Shown here piece by piece: positions 29,641-39,113 of a stretch of 64,000 bases of DNA. The position numbers and the translations under genes were made by a program. The stretch covers positions 4,704,001 to 4,768,000 of the forward strand of contig OZ244561.1 of the NCBI GenBank assembly GCA_965217585.1. Direction: 5' to 3'. The stretch is from Candidatus Latescibacterota bacterium (GTDB lineage Bacteria > Latescibacterota > UBA2968 > UBA8231). Numbering within the stretch: position 1 is the stretch's first letter; every line of letters starts with the position of its first letter. Under the pieces are notes generated by a model. It made no database searches and was not told where the DNA came from. It saw only the letters and a program-made list of their open reading frames with translations.

Positions 29641-29976
29641 TTGAGGCTACCCAACGCACAATATGCCCGAGTTCAAAGAGAAAAAATCACAGACTATCTG
29701 CTCTCAACAACTAGTCCCGATAGCCGAAGCAAGGCTGAATTCTTTTTTCGATTCGGCTTTCGCGTGGATCAGTGGCATAGCTTAGCGGACGCATTACGGG
29801 TTCAGGGAACAAGCTATGAAGTGGTCAGTATTGTAGAAACCGGCTACGGTATAAAGTATGTTGTAGATGGATCGCTTGAGACTTCCGATGGGCGCAACCC
29901 ATGTGTTAGGACGGTCTGGCAGATTGACAGAGGAAGCGACTATCCTAGGTTCATTACGGCATATCCGGCTGATTAG
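29641..29976 (+). CDS. DUF6883-like putative toxin/nuclease
   Basis: KITDYLL...SKA.FF..FGF, YGIKYVVDG.L..PDGR-like segment and VRTVW...PRFITAYP. AT-rich. Confidence 0.7.
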   Translation: MRLPNAQYARVQREKITDYLLSTTSPDSRSKAEFFFRFGFRVDQWHSLADALRVQGTSYEVVSIVETGYGIKYVVDGSLETSDGRNPCVRTVWQIDRGSDYPRFITAYPAD

Positions 29977-29985
29977 GAGGCAAAT

Positions 29986-30279
29986 ATGTTCAAGGAATTA
30001 GACGCTATCGTGCTTACAACCGAAATTCCGTTCGATCGCATTTGGGATGTCCCACCCGGCAGCCCGCTCATTGAAAACGGCAAGCTGGGAAAAGGGCTGA
30101 AAGCCGGCGACGTCGGCACGATTGTGTATGTGCAGGGCAACGGAGAGGCCTTTGAGGTGGAGTTTCTGAAATCGGATGGCTACACGGTCGCCATTGCCAC
30201 CGTTTTGGCCTCTCAAGCGCGACTGGCAACCAGCGAGGACTGCGCCAACTATCGCTTCTCGATGAAGACTCCTGCCTAA
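29986..30279 (+). CDS. DUF4926-like putative antitoxin/immunity protein
   Basis: KELDAIVL...GLKAGDVGTIV...AFEVEF...GYTVAI. AGGAGG SD, directly behind the DUF6883-like gene. Confidence 0.8.
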   Translation: MFKELDAIVLTTEIPFDRIWDVPPGSPLIENGKLGKGLKAGDVGTIVYVQGNGEAFEVEFLKSDGYTVAIATVLASQARLATSEDCANYRFSMKTPA

Positions 30280-30446
30280 TCGGCATCGCCTTTTTGTACT
30301 GAGACCGATTCCATGCGTCTCACCAACTCTAGGGCACCCAGATAGCAGCCGACCGCGACAGCAAATCCCCAATGTAGGGCGATACTAGCATGGCCACTTG
30401 GTCGCGGCGCAAGGGACTCATGGCGCTAATCGAGGAGGTATAAAAA

Positions 30447-31172
30447 ATGGTTGCGAATGTTGCTCATCGGGGTGCGTCAGGAAACTATCCCGAAAATACG
30501 TTGATCGCCTTTCAGAAGGCGTTAGAAATTGGCGTTGATGAGATTGAGCTAGATCTCCACTTGACAAAGGATGACCATCTAATTGTCATGCACGACTCAA
30601 CCGTAGACCGAACGACAGATGGCACGGGCGCGATTGCAAAACTCACACTAACTGAAATCAAAGCCCTTGACGCCGGAAGAGTGTTTGGTGAACAGTTTCG
30701 GGGTGAGCGTGTGCCAACATGGGAGGAAGCGTTAGACATAGTACAAGGGAAGGTTAGACTCAATGTCCACCTCAAAGAAGGGGGCAATCCAGACGGTCGC
30801 TATGAACGCAAGGTTGCACAGGCATTGCGCGAGTTTCAGATGGTAGAGGCTTCTATTTTGGCATGCAGCGATGAAAGCGTTGAAATTTTTGCCGAGATTG
30901 ACTCGCGGATTGAGTGCCGGATCTTTCGCGCGAATCGCACCCCCGAGGAATATATCCGAAAATCGGTAGAGCTGGGGCTGCGGACGATGCAGCCGGGACG
31001 GGACATCACGACTCGGGAGTTTGTCCAAAAGGCACATGCGGCAGGACGAGCTGTGCACGTCTTCTATGCGGATACCCCTGAAGATATGCGAGCTTACATC
31101 GAGATCGGCGTTGATGGGATTTTGACAAACTATCCGGAACGGCTGAAAGCGATTCTCACAGAAATTGAGTAG
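30447..31172 (+). CDS. glycerophosphodiester phosphodiesterase
   Basis: AHRGASGNYPENT, IELDLHLTKD, HD.TVDRTT and GVDGILTNYP motifs. Confidence 0.95.
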   Translation: MVANVAHRGASGNYPENTLIAFQKALEIGVDEIELDLHLTKDDHLIVMHDSTVDRTTDGTGAIAKLTLTEIKALDAGRVFGEQFRGERVPTWEEALDIVQGKVRLNVHLKEGGNPDGRYERKVAQALREFQMVEASILACSDESVEIFAEIDSRIECRIFRANRTPEEYIRKSVELGLRTMQPGRDITTREFVQKAHAAGRAVHVFYADTPEDMRAYIEIGVDGILTNYPERLKAILTEIE

Positions 31173-31323
31173 AAGAAATATCATGGGGGAGAGGCGAAAT
31201 CTCAAAGATCCCGATCTGTTCCGCTAATTCCATAATCTCTGCGTTATCGTTGCCGATTAAGGGCCGGAGGAGCTGCTCGGACTGTGAGAGGGATAAGTCA
31301 GGTGCGGAGCGGGGGCCGCCTCG

Positions 31324-32712
31324 TCATACCAACTTTTTGAACACAAAAGCTCCCAACTCGTAGCTAATTACGCGATCATCGTCGTCAAACTTAAAGAGGG
31401 CGATTTCTCCGGCTGCACGACCACCGCGAACAAGCCATTCCTCTTCCTTATCTGTCGGTTCGAGGACTGCCGGGGCATGTAGGGAATACGCAGACCCACC
31501 GTGAGCCGCAAGCCGTAGGCTGCCGTCGCGCACCTCAATGTTCACATCAATGCCCGGCTCGGCGCGATAATAACCGACAAAACGCCGCCATGCTTCTGGT
31601 GTTGGTGCAAGCGCTGGCTGCTCTGGTACAAGCGGCATTGCTTCGTCGGCATTCAGGACCATTTCAAGAACTTCCTGTGCAATCTCAAGACCTCCGGGCG
31701 GAGGCCACATGTTGATGAGAACAACCACGCCCGTTTTCCGCGGAACGTTAAACCACACCTGTGTTCCAAAGCCGTGAATCCCGCCACCGTGATTGTGATA
31801 GATATGGTCGCCGATGCGGGTTGCCCGCCAGCCTAGACATTGCCCCGCCGACCAGTCCGGCTCGACGTATTGCGGTTGTTGAATCTCCACCAGTGTTGGG
31901 CCCTTGAGTACCTGTGCCCCACGGCGGTCTCCGCCGTCGGTTTGGAATTGGAACGATACCCACTTTGCCAAGTCGCCGACGGTGGAATGCAGTTGGCCGG
32001 CCGCTGAAATTCCGTTCAGGTGGGCGTAAGGAGCGCGTTCAGGACGGTCTTGGTAGGGCGTCGGGTTATAACCGACAAAGAAGTGAGGACGCAATTCGTC
32101 CGTGAGGTCGAAGACCGTGGATGTTAGGCCGAGCGGCTCAATAATATTGGCGTGGACGTATTCGATGTATGGCGTGCCGGCGACCCTGTACACCACCTCG
32201 CCGAGTAAGCCAAATGCAAGGTTGGAGTATTTGAAAGCGGAGTCCTGCGGGATGACAATCCCCGTCTCCGGCAGTTTGCCAAGCATCTCTTCACGGCTTG
32301 GGAAGTCGAGATCATGCCAACCGTGCGTCGGCGACTCGGTGACCAATCCGGAGCGGTGTGTCAACAATCGTCGGAGCGTCACACCATCGACATCGCTGCG
32401 GATAGCGCGAGCTGAAGCAAATTCGGGAATGTGCTGTGCCAGTGGATCTTCCAACTTGAGTTGTCCCGCATCCCGCAACTGCATAATCGCAGTTGTCGTG
32501 AACGTCTTGGTCACTGAGGCGATGCGGGCAATCGTGCTTTCAGTAGGTTTTTTGCCCGAATCGAGATCCGCGGCACCGAACCCGCCGAACCAAGCGAGTT
32601 CTCGATCGCGGATAATGCCGAGTGCCATACCGGGAAGTCTATACTTGGCAACCGTTGTTGCTGCCAAGCGTTCGATGTCTGGTACCAAGGTTTGGAGAAT
32701 ACAATCTGCCAT
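31324..32712 (-). CDS. serine hydrolase, beta-lactamase class C-like
   Basis: IASVTK, LLTHRSG, YSN and HGGG motifs. Start uncertain. Confidence 0.9.
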   Translation of the reverse strand: MADCILQTLVPDIERLAATTVAKYRLPGMALGIIRDRELAWFGGFGAADLDSGKKPTESTIARIASVTKTFTTTAIMQLRDAGQLKLEDPLAQHIPEFASARAIRSDVDGVTLRRLLTHRSGLVTESPTHGWHDLDFPSREEMLGKLPETGIVIPQDSAFKYSNLAFGLLGEVVYRVAGTPYIEYVHANIIEPLGLTSTVFDLTDELRPHFFVGYNPTPYQDRPERAPYAHLNGISAAGQLHSTVGDLAKWVSFQFQTDGGDRRGAQVLKGPTLVEIQQPQYVEPDWSAGQCLGWRATRIGDHIYHNHGGGIHGFGTQVWFNVPRKTGVVVLINMWPPPGGLEIAQEVLEMVLNADEAMPLVPEQPALAPTPEAWRRFVGYYRAEPGIDVNIEVRDGSLRLAAHGGSAYSLHAPAVLEPTDKEEEWLVRGGRAAGEIALFKFDDDDRVISYELGAFVFKKLV

Positions 32713-32779
32713 TTGCTTTCCCAAATCCCATGGGCTGCCAATCACGCATCCCGTGCGCGAATGCGGCCAACGCCGTGCC

Positions 32780-33931
32780 CTACGCTTGATCCAGCGCCCA
32801 CCGGGTAGCCGCCACGTGAGTTACGCTGTCGCCGAGGGTCATGTAGTACAGGGTGAACAGCGAGCCGTCCGCAAGCTCGACTGTCCGTGGATAACCCAGA
32901 TCGGCGGGCGTGCCTTTCCCGGCCACCGTCCCATCGGTGGTGAGACCGTCGTCGCGCAGTACGATCTCGTCCGCGATTTCCCACGTTTCGCAGCCGTCGC
33001 GAGACAGGCAGCCCCGCACCCCGTATGGAGCCCGCCGGTATCCGTAGCTGCAGAGGACATCGCCGCTGCTTAGCAGCAACAGGTGCGGAGGATATCCCCA
33101 CATCTCGGTCTTTCTGACCTTACTCCAGGTTTTCCCGCCGTCGTCCGAGTGCGTCTGAAACAGGTACTTTTCTTCCTGTGGAATGGCTTTGCTGCCGCTG
33201 GACGTGCGCACCATCGCCACGATGCGTCCGTTCGGCAGCGCCAGGAGGTAGCTCTCGTTGAACGGATGCTCCCCGCCGTCGTCCGCCATCGTCACCATCT
33301 CCCAGGTGTCGCCGCCATCTTCCGAGCGCAGCACCCAGGCCCGGAACGGATCGCCTGCCGAGGCGCTGCCGTACACCTGATGCACGATCGTATCGTCCGC
33401 GAGAACGCAGCTCTTCAGGTCAGCCCCGTTGCGGATCAGGGCGAAGAACGGCAGCTCTTCGCCACTCCTGAGCAGACGACTCTCCCAGTCGCTTTCTCCC
33501 GGTCGCTTGCGCGACATCTGCAGGCTGTGCTCCACGTGGATGCGTTCGGGGAACTCCTCCACCGCAAAACCGCGTCGCACAAACTCCTCCCTGCGCTCGG
33601 GCGGGTACGCGTTGACGGGCCTGGAGATCCTGATCTGGGTGCCGTCGCTCAGCACGGCGCTTCTCAGCGTCTCCGGGCATTCGCGGTACTGGTCGTCCTT
33701 CCCCTCCTCAAACCAGCTGCCTCCGCCGTCCGGAGAGAACAGCTCCACGTGACCGGTTGCGCCTCCCGCCAGTCCACCTGAATGAGAGTGCGCTGCACCT
33801 TCGACGCCACGCGCCAGCGGTGTGTGGGAGTTCCAGTTGAAACCGACCCAGAGCTCGTCGCGGTCTCCCTTTACCACGGTCGGGAAGCTGGAATACCGAG
33901 CGTCGTCCCAGTACAACACAGAATAATTCAT
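32780..33931 (-). CDS. BNR/Asp-box sialidase-like protein
   Basis: SPDGGGSW, SEDGGDTW, SDDGGKTW and SRDGCETW Asp-boxes; DLGYP..VELADG. Confidence 0.8.
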   Translation of the reverse strand: MNYSVLYWDDARYSSFPTVVKGDRDELWVGFNWNSHTPLARGVEGAAHSHSGGLAGGATGHVELFSPDGGGSWFEEGKDDQYRECPETLRSAVLSDGTQIRISRPVNAYPPERREEFVRRGFAVEEFPERIHVEHSLQMSRKRPGESDWESRLLRSGEELPFFALIRNGADLKSCVLADDTIVHQVYGSASAGDPFRAWVLRSEDGGDTWEMVTMADDGGEHPFNESYLLALPNGRIVAMVRTSSGSKAIPQEEKYLFQTHSDDGGKTWSKVRKTEMWGYPPHLLLLSSGDVLCSYGYRRAPYGVRGCLSRDGCETWEIADEIVLRDDGLTTDGTVAGKGTPADLGYPRTVELADGSLFTLYYMTLGDSVTHVAATRWALDQA

Positions 33932-34034
33932 AGGCGTATTGGTTCAAATGCTATAGATTCGCCCCAATTGCAAACCGTCCAATGATAGACAAACCGCGGG
34001 CGCGCGCAAAACGCGGGTCTGCAACGAGGGCATC

Positions 34035-35588
34035 ATGCAGCCGATAGATATTGGATCGAGCAAGCAGCTTTTCGTCGACGATCGCTTCATCGCCACTGGC
34101 AACGGAGTGGAGCTCGCGATGAATCCACCCTACCAGGCCACGGAGCCGGTGGTGACCGTTGGCGCCCCTTGGGAAGACCCGTCCAACACGAGCTTTGGCA
34201 TTTACAGCAGCGTGTTGCGGGAAGATGACGGTCGCATCCGGCTGTGGTATCACGTGCGCAGGGCAAAGGAGGAATCCGAGCTCAGCCTCGACCAGGCCTA
34301 CGTCGGCTATGCCGAATCGACGGACGGCATCCACTTCGACAAGCCGGAGCTGAACCTAATCGACGAGGGCGGGTCGACCCTCAACAACGTCGTCATCCCG
34401 AGCAAGCTCGGTGGCAGCTCGGTCTGGATCGACCCGCATGCCCCGCCCGAGGAGCGCTACAAGAACCAGTCGAAGGTCTACAATCCCAATGTGGCGATGC
34501 AGTTCCACATGCACAGCTCGCCGGACGGCATCCACTGGACCTTCCTTCGTCGCATACAGCTCGAACAGCGCGGCGGCTGGGATACGCAGAGCATCATTTT
34601 CTGGGATCCGGCAATCGGGCGGTACGTCCTCTACACCCGCCGCTGGGTCGCAAAACGCCACACCACCGCCCAAGGAAATGAGAACTTCCGGACGGTCAGA
34701 AGGCTCGAGTCCGACGATCTCATCAACTGGGACAACCAGAAGACGGTCATGTCCCCGGACGAGGTAGACCTGGCGACATACGAGACCGGTGCGCCGTTGG
34801 ATCCCACCGCGCCGGAAAAACCCTACGGCAGGGTGCCAATGGACTATTACGGCGCAGCCGTGTTCAAGTATCCGGACCCGCACGGCGTGTACGTCATGCT
34901 CGCCAACGCCAATTGGTACTGGTTCAACCGCGAGCCGGTGGTGACCATGGTCCGCGACGACCTCGATGTCGTGCGCACCGAGACGCAGCAGATCTACGGG
35001 CCCAGCCGCTTCGACGTGCGCCTGTCGGTGAGTCGCGACGGAGTGGACTTCCAGCGCTGTGGCGGACGCCGGCCCTTCCTGAGCCCGGGGCCCGAAGGCA
35101 GTTTCTCCTCACGCATGATCTGGGCAATGCCGCATCCGGTCCGGATGGGTGACGAAATCTGGATCTACTACAGCGGCACCAACAGGGACCACGACGGCCT
35201 CCTCGACCCGGCGGGCAAGGGCCACCTTTCCGGCATCGGTCGCGCGATTCTTCGGTTGGACGGGTTCGTATCGGCGGATGCGGGCTACGGCGGCGGCGAA
35301 ATCGTCACGCCGATTGTCCGCTTCGAGGGCGAGCGTTTGGAGCTGAACCTCGACACCGGGGGCGGCGGCGCGGTGCGCGTGGAGCTTCAGGATGCGTACG
35401 GCCGACCGGTCAGCGGCTACACAGAGCGCGATGCGTCCTACATCTGCGGCAATTCGGTGCGCATGCCGGTCCGCTGGGGGAAGAGCTGGGATGTCAGCTC
35501 ATTATCCGGGAAACCGATCCGGATCCGTTTTGTCATGCGCGACTGCAAGCTGTACGCGTTTCAGTTCGTCGACTCGCCGAGCTCGTAA
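34035..35588 (+). CDS. putative glycoside hydrolase, five-bladed beta-propeller (paralog family of 2277..3659)
   Basis: KQLFVDD, YAESTDGIHF.KPEL, SPDGIHW, SRDGVDF and LRLDGFVS motifs. Confidence 0.7.
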   Translation: MQPIDIGSSKQLFVDDRFIATGNGVELAMNPPYQATEPVVTVGAPWEDPSNTSFGIYSSVLREDDGRIRLWYHVRRAKEESELSLDQAYVGYAESTDGIHFDKPELNLIDEGGSTLNNVVIPSKLGGSSVWIDPHAPPEERYKNQSKVYNPNVAMQFHMHSSPDGIHWTFLRRIQLEQRGGWDTQSIIFWDPAIGRYVLYTRRWVAKRHTTAQGNENFRTVRRLESDDLINWDNQKTVMSPDEVDLATYETGAPLDPTAPEKPYGRVPMDYYGAAVFKYPDPHGVYVMLANANWYWFNREPVVTMVRDDLDVVRTETQQIYGPSRFDVRLSVSRDGVDFQRCGGRRPFLSPGPEGSFSSRMIWAMPHPVRMGDEIWIYYSGTNRDHDGLLDPAGKGHLSGIGRAILRLDGFVSADAGYGGGEIVTPIVRFEGERLELNLDTGGGGAVRVELQDAYGRPVSGYTERDASYICGNSVRMPVRWGKSWDVSSLSGKPIRIRFVMRDCKLYAFQFVDSPSS

Positions 35589-35755
35589 CTGTACAGGTGC
35601 GATCCGGACCCGAAGTAGACCCACCCTGCCTGACCGGCGGCCGCCGCCGGCTGCTCCCACAAGGTCGGCTGCGTAGAGCTGGGCGGCGTTTTGGCGGTGG
35701 CGGCGCAAGAGCGCGGCGGTGCCGATCCGCGGCGAAGTGACCCATGCTGGTGGAG

Positions 35756-36076
35756 CTAATCGAGGTGAAAGACCTCTTCTAGTTCGATTATTGCGTCTTT
35801 GGGGCCGCCCTCCGGGATCTCAACCAACCCCTCGTTGGCCTCACCCCAACGCTGCACGACCTCTTCCGAGAGAAAGCCGTCGAGGGCCGTGGCAAGATCC
35901 GTCTCGGTCTCAAAATAGCCGAAGACGAGGCCGTCTTCGTTCATAAAGAGCGAGTAGCGATGCCAGCCGTGGCGAGTGATGGCCGCGCAGACTTCGGGCC
36001 ACACTTGGCGATGCACTTTCTTGTACTCGGCGATCCGATCCTTTTTAACTTGCATCTGGAAACCAACTCGTCGCAT
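35756..36076 (-). CDS. rhaM: L-rhamnose mutarotase family
   Basis: EYKKVH..VWPE, YSLF, LVFGYFE and LEEVFHLD. ATG 36076 behind GAGGAG. Confidence 0.88.
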   Translation of the reverse strand: MRRVGFQMQVKKDRIAEYKKVHRQVWPEVCAAITRHGWHRYSLFMNEDGLVFGYFETETDLATALDGFLSEEVVQRWGEANEGLVEIPEGGPKDAIIELEEVFHLD

Positions 36077-36751
36077 TTGATTAAGCTCCTCACTCGGCCC
36101 ATATATTGTCCAGCTCCAACGCAAACTTCGGCAGCACCGGCTCGCCAGAAACAGCGCTCATGCCGATCAACGCCTCCACAGGCTGTCCGCGGCGATACAC
36201 TTCCACCCGGAGTTCCGACGGGTCAATCAACCAGCCCAATTGTGCTCCACACGCCGCGTACTCGCGCATCTTCTCTTGTACCCCATAGAGGGCGTCGCTC
36301 TCCGAGCGCAGCTCGACGACAAAGTCGGGACACAACGGCAAAAAATGCCGGCGCTCCTCAGTGCTCAACCCTTCCAGTCGCCCTTTTTCTACCCAAGCCG
36401 CATCGGGCGAGCGGACGGTGCCGTTGGGCAGGCGGAAGCCGCCGGAAGAATCAAATAAAACCCCTGTCCCATCTCGCCTAGCCCATACCCCCAATTGCAC
36501 AATAATCTCGGCGTTGCGCCGACTAGTCTCTCCTCCAGTAGGCGGCATGATAACTACATCTCCCTCGGCGGTGCGTTCTAGGCGCATGTCTGGATTGTTC
36601 CGGCAGAGAGCATAGAAGTGCTCGTCATCCATATTGACCACGGATTCCATACGTAGCACCATTTCCATCGTCGCGCTCCTTTTTTGTACGTAGCCGTGCA
36701 TTCATGCCATAATTTACACCAAATACGGACTTTACCAACTCGTCGCATTTG
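36062..36751 (-). repeat. 18-bp perfect direct repeat (36062..36079 and 36734..36751) flanking the Uma2 gene
   Basis: ACCAACTCGTCGCATTTG occurs at both positions and contains the first five codons (MRRVG) of the mutarotase. Confidence 0.9.
36090..36668 (-). CDS. Uma2 family putative endonuclease (PD-(D/E)xK)
   Basis: RSPDAAW, LCPDFVVELRS, EKMREY...LGWLIDP motifs. Confidence 0.95.
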   Translation of the reverse strand: MEMVLRMESVVNMDDEHFYALCRNNPDMRLERTAEGDVVIMPPTGGETSRRNAEIIVQLGVWARRDGTGVLFDSSGGFRLPNGTVRSPDAAWVEKGRLEGLSTEERRHFLPLCPDFVVELRSESDALYGVQEKMREYAACGAQLGWLIDPSELRVEVYRRGQPVEALIGMSAVSGEPVLPKFALELDNIWAE

Positions 36752-36752
36752 C

Positions 36753-37295
36753 TCAAACCCCTTTGAAATTGTCCATGTCCGGCACAATGGACTGCCCACG
36801 CTCCAAGTCGAAGTCGATTTCCACGGAGTGCGCTTGGTAATCTTGGTCGCCGCGCGTGGTCTGATACACGTCGTGACCCTCGACGCAGATGGGCATGGTG
36901 TGCCACACCCCCAGATGCAAGCAGACGCCCACATCGCCCGCCGAGTAAAAAGCGCGCAGTTCCTCGGCCTGGATGTCGTCTTGGATCGCCCCGACGAGAA
37001 ACACGCTCGGCGAGTGCAAGCTGGGGTAAAATGACTGGCCGGCGTCCGTGTGAAAGGCAAAATGGGCGCGCTCTAGCCCCTCGGAGATGGGCACCCGCTG
37101 GGGATGGGGTGCGTACCAGCCGGGGCCATCTTTGGGCTCGGGGCTTGGCGTGGCAAGGACCGGGTAGGCGTTGGTGGCATAACCGCCTTTGACCTTGTCC
37201 GGCTTGCGCTCCTCAAAGGTGCGAATCACGTGGCCGAAGGGGGCAAAGGTCTCGGGCACGAGCGGTTCAACCGGGATTTTCACGAGGTTCCACAT
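36753..37295 (-). CDS. ureidoglycolate lyase (AllA)-like cupin
   Basis: EPL.PETFAPFG.VI, H...QSFYP, LRAF and GVWHTMP motifs. Confidence 0.7.
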   Translation of the reverse strand: MWNLVKIPVEPLVPETFAPFGHVIRTFEERKPDKVKGGYATNAYPVLATPSPEPKDGPGWYAPHPQRVPISEGLERAHFAFHTDAGQSFYPSLHSPSVFLVGAIQDDIQAEELRAFYSAGDVGVCLHLGVWHTMPICVEGHDVYQTTRGDQDYQAHSVEIDFDLERGQSIVPDMDNFKGV

Positions 37296-37320
37296 GGCAA
37301 TCTCCTCTCGTTGGCATGGG

Positions 37321-38565
37321 TTAGTCGATGCCTAAGGCGGCGTCTATCTCCGCTTGATAGGCGTACGATTGGCAGGATTCGACCGCGCTGAGCGCCACCG
37401 GGCCGCCGGCGCGCCACGACTCGAAGACCGCGTAGAGCGCGGCCACGTCCTTTAGGCCGCAGCGGCCATCCACTTCGACTGCGCGCTGGCCGCGAATGGC
37501 TTCGGCTATTTCGTGCAGCTCATAGGCGATCAGCTTCAGATCAACGAGCGGGTCGCCGGCCGAGACGCCGCTCGGAAAGAGGTAGCGAGTTAGCGGGTCG
37601 AATGTCAGTCCCGCGCCCTCGGCAGACGCGAGGATTTGCTCTTGGCTCAGGGACTCGGCTCCGTGCCGCGCAAGCGTTATACGCCCTCCGCGCACGCCAA
37701 AGCCGTCAATGCTGCCGTCGGTGCCCATGATTAGCTCGCGGTGCGCGCCCGCGTGGCCGGCGATTCCGACGAGCCAGTTCAGGGTCGCGCCGCTCTCCAT
37801 CTTGAAGATCGCCTGGGTCATGTCCTCGGCCGCGGCCGGTACGCGCGCTGGCATGGCCGCGAAGCGCTTTTTGTAGAACTCGTAGGCCATGGACATGGAT
37901 GCCGATTTTTGCCGCTCTGGCTCCACCATCCGCGCATCGGCATAGACTTCGGCAAAATCCCCCAATTGGTAGCGGATCATGTGGGTGAAGTGGACGGCCA
38001 TATCGAGGATAAAGCCGCCCAACTCCCGGCGGTGCCGCCAGGGGGTGATAAAAATGGAATTGCCCGCGCCGAGCGAGTGGTACAACCCCATATAGGGCGT
38101 GCCGATGGCACCGGTGTCGATCAGGTGGCGCACGATGCGGGCCGAAGGGTCGCGGCGGAAATTTTCGGCCACGGAGACAATGCGTTCGTTGCGCGCGGCT
38201 GCGTCGAGGATCCGCTGGCAAGCCCGCACTGTGATGGCCAGCGGCTTTTCCACTAGCACGTGCAATCCCAAGTCGAGGGCCTCGCAGACGACGGTGTGAT
38301 GCACAGAAGGATCGGTGACCACGTCCACGGCTTCTAAGTCCGGCACCTGTTGGACCATCGCCTCCATATTGGTGCAGACCTTGGGGCGGACCCCAAGGAG
38401 CTGCTCGGCTTCGGCGGCGGCCATCTCGGCGTTTTCCGCGCTGATGTCGCACACCGCGCTCAGTTCGACCGAGTCGAAGGGGGAGTCGGCTAGCTGCTTG
38501 AGGCCGTGCAGATGGCGGGTGCCCATGCCGCCGCAGCCGACGAGGGCTAGGCGCACCTTGTCCAT
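37321..38565 (-). CDS. Gfo/Idh/MocA family oxidoreductase
   Basis: LVGCGGMG, HVLVEKPLA and GGFILDMAVH motifs. Confidence 0.93.
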   Translation of the reverse strand: MDKVRLALVGCGGMGTRHLHGLKQLADSPFDSVELSAVCDISAENAEMAAAEAEQLLGVRPKVCTNMEAMVQQVPDLEAVDVVTDPSVHHTVVCEALDLGLHVLVEKPLAITVRACQRILDAAARNERIVSVAENFRRDPSARIVRHLIDTGAIGTPYMGLYHSLGAGNSIFITPWRHRRELGGFILDMAVHFTHMIRYQLGDFAEVYADARMVEPERQKSASMSMAYEFYKKRFAAMPARVPAAAEDMTQAIFKMESGATLNWLVGIAGHAGAHRELIMGTDGSIDGFGVRGGRITLARHGAESLSQEQILASAEGAGLTFDPLTRYLFPSGVSAGDPLVDLKLIAYELHEIAEAIRGQRAVEVDGRCGLKDVAALYAVFESWRAGGPVALSAVESCQSYAYQAEIDAALGID

Positions 38566-38568
38566 TGG

Positions 38569-39087
38569 CTACTCCTGCCAGTTAGGGACGCTGCTCATGT
38601 CGGGCAGCAGGGCCAAGCCGCGGTCTTGGTCGAAGTGAACGTCAACCGAGTGGTCGTGATAATTCTGGTTGCCGCGCGCGGTTAGGTACACCTCCTCGCC
38701 GCGCAAGCACACGGGCATGGTGTGCCACACCTTTAGGTGCATGCAGATGCCGGTGCTGCCGTCGGAGTAAAAGGCGCGCAGATCCTCCGGCTCAATCATC
38801 GGCTGGATCTGGGCGACGAAAAAGATGGTCGGGCAGTGCCGACTCGGATAAAAGGACTGCCCGGCATCGTCGTGAAAGGCAAAGTGCGCCCGCAGCCGGC
38901 CCTCGGATAGGTCGAGCTGGTCGGATGTGGGGTCTTTTACTTCGGCCCGCACGGAGTAGGCGCGCTCGACCAGCTCTCCTACCACGACCTCGGGTTTGGC
39001 CTCGTCAAAGGTGGAGATGACTTGCCCGAAAGGGGCAAAGGCCGAGGGGGTCAGCGGCTCCGCGGGAACCTTGAGAATTTTTAGCAT
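38569..39087 (-). CDS. ureidoglycolate lyase (AllA)-like cupin, paralog of 36753..37295
   Basis: Shares RAHFAFH.DAGQSFYPS, LRAFYS and VWHTMP with the paralog. Confidence 0.7.
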   Translation of the reverse strand: MLKILKVPAEPLTPSAFAPFGQVISTFDEAKPEVVVGELVERAYSVRAEVKDPTSDQLDLSEGRLRAHFAFHDDAGQSFYPSRHCPTIFFVAQIQPMIEPEDLRAFYSDGSTGICMHLKVWHTMPVCLRGEEVYLTARGNQNYHDHSVDVHFDQDRGLALLPDMSSVPNWQE

Positions 39088-39113
39088 GGCAATGCTCCTT
39101 TGTCAGATTAAAT

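Noticed and set aside
35589-35755. GC-rich intergenic stretch with short ORFs (35502..35708, 35533..35745)
   Set aside because: No motif, SD or clear structure, and the ORFs overlap the convergent gene end.
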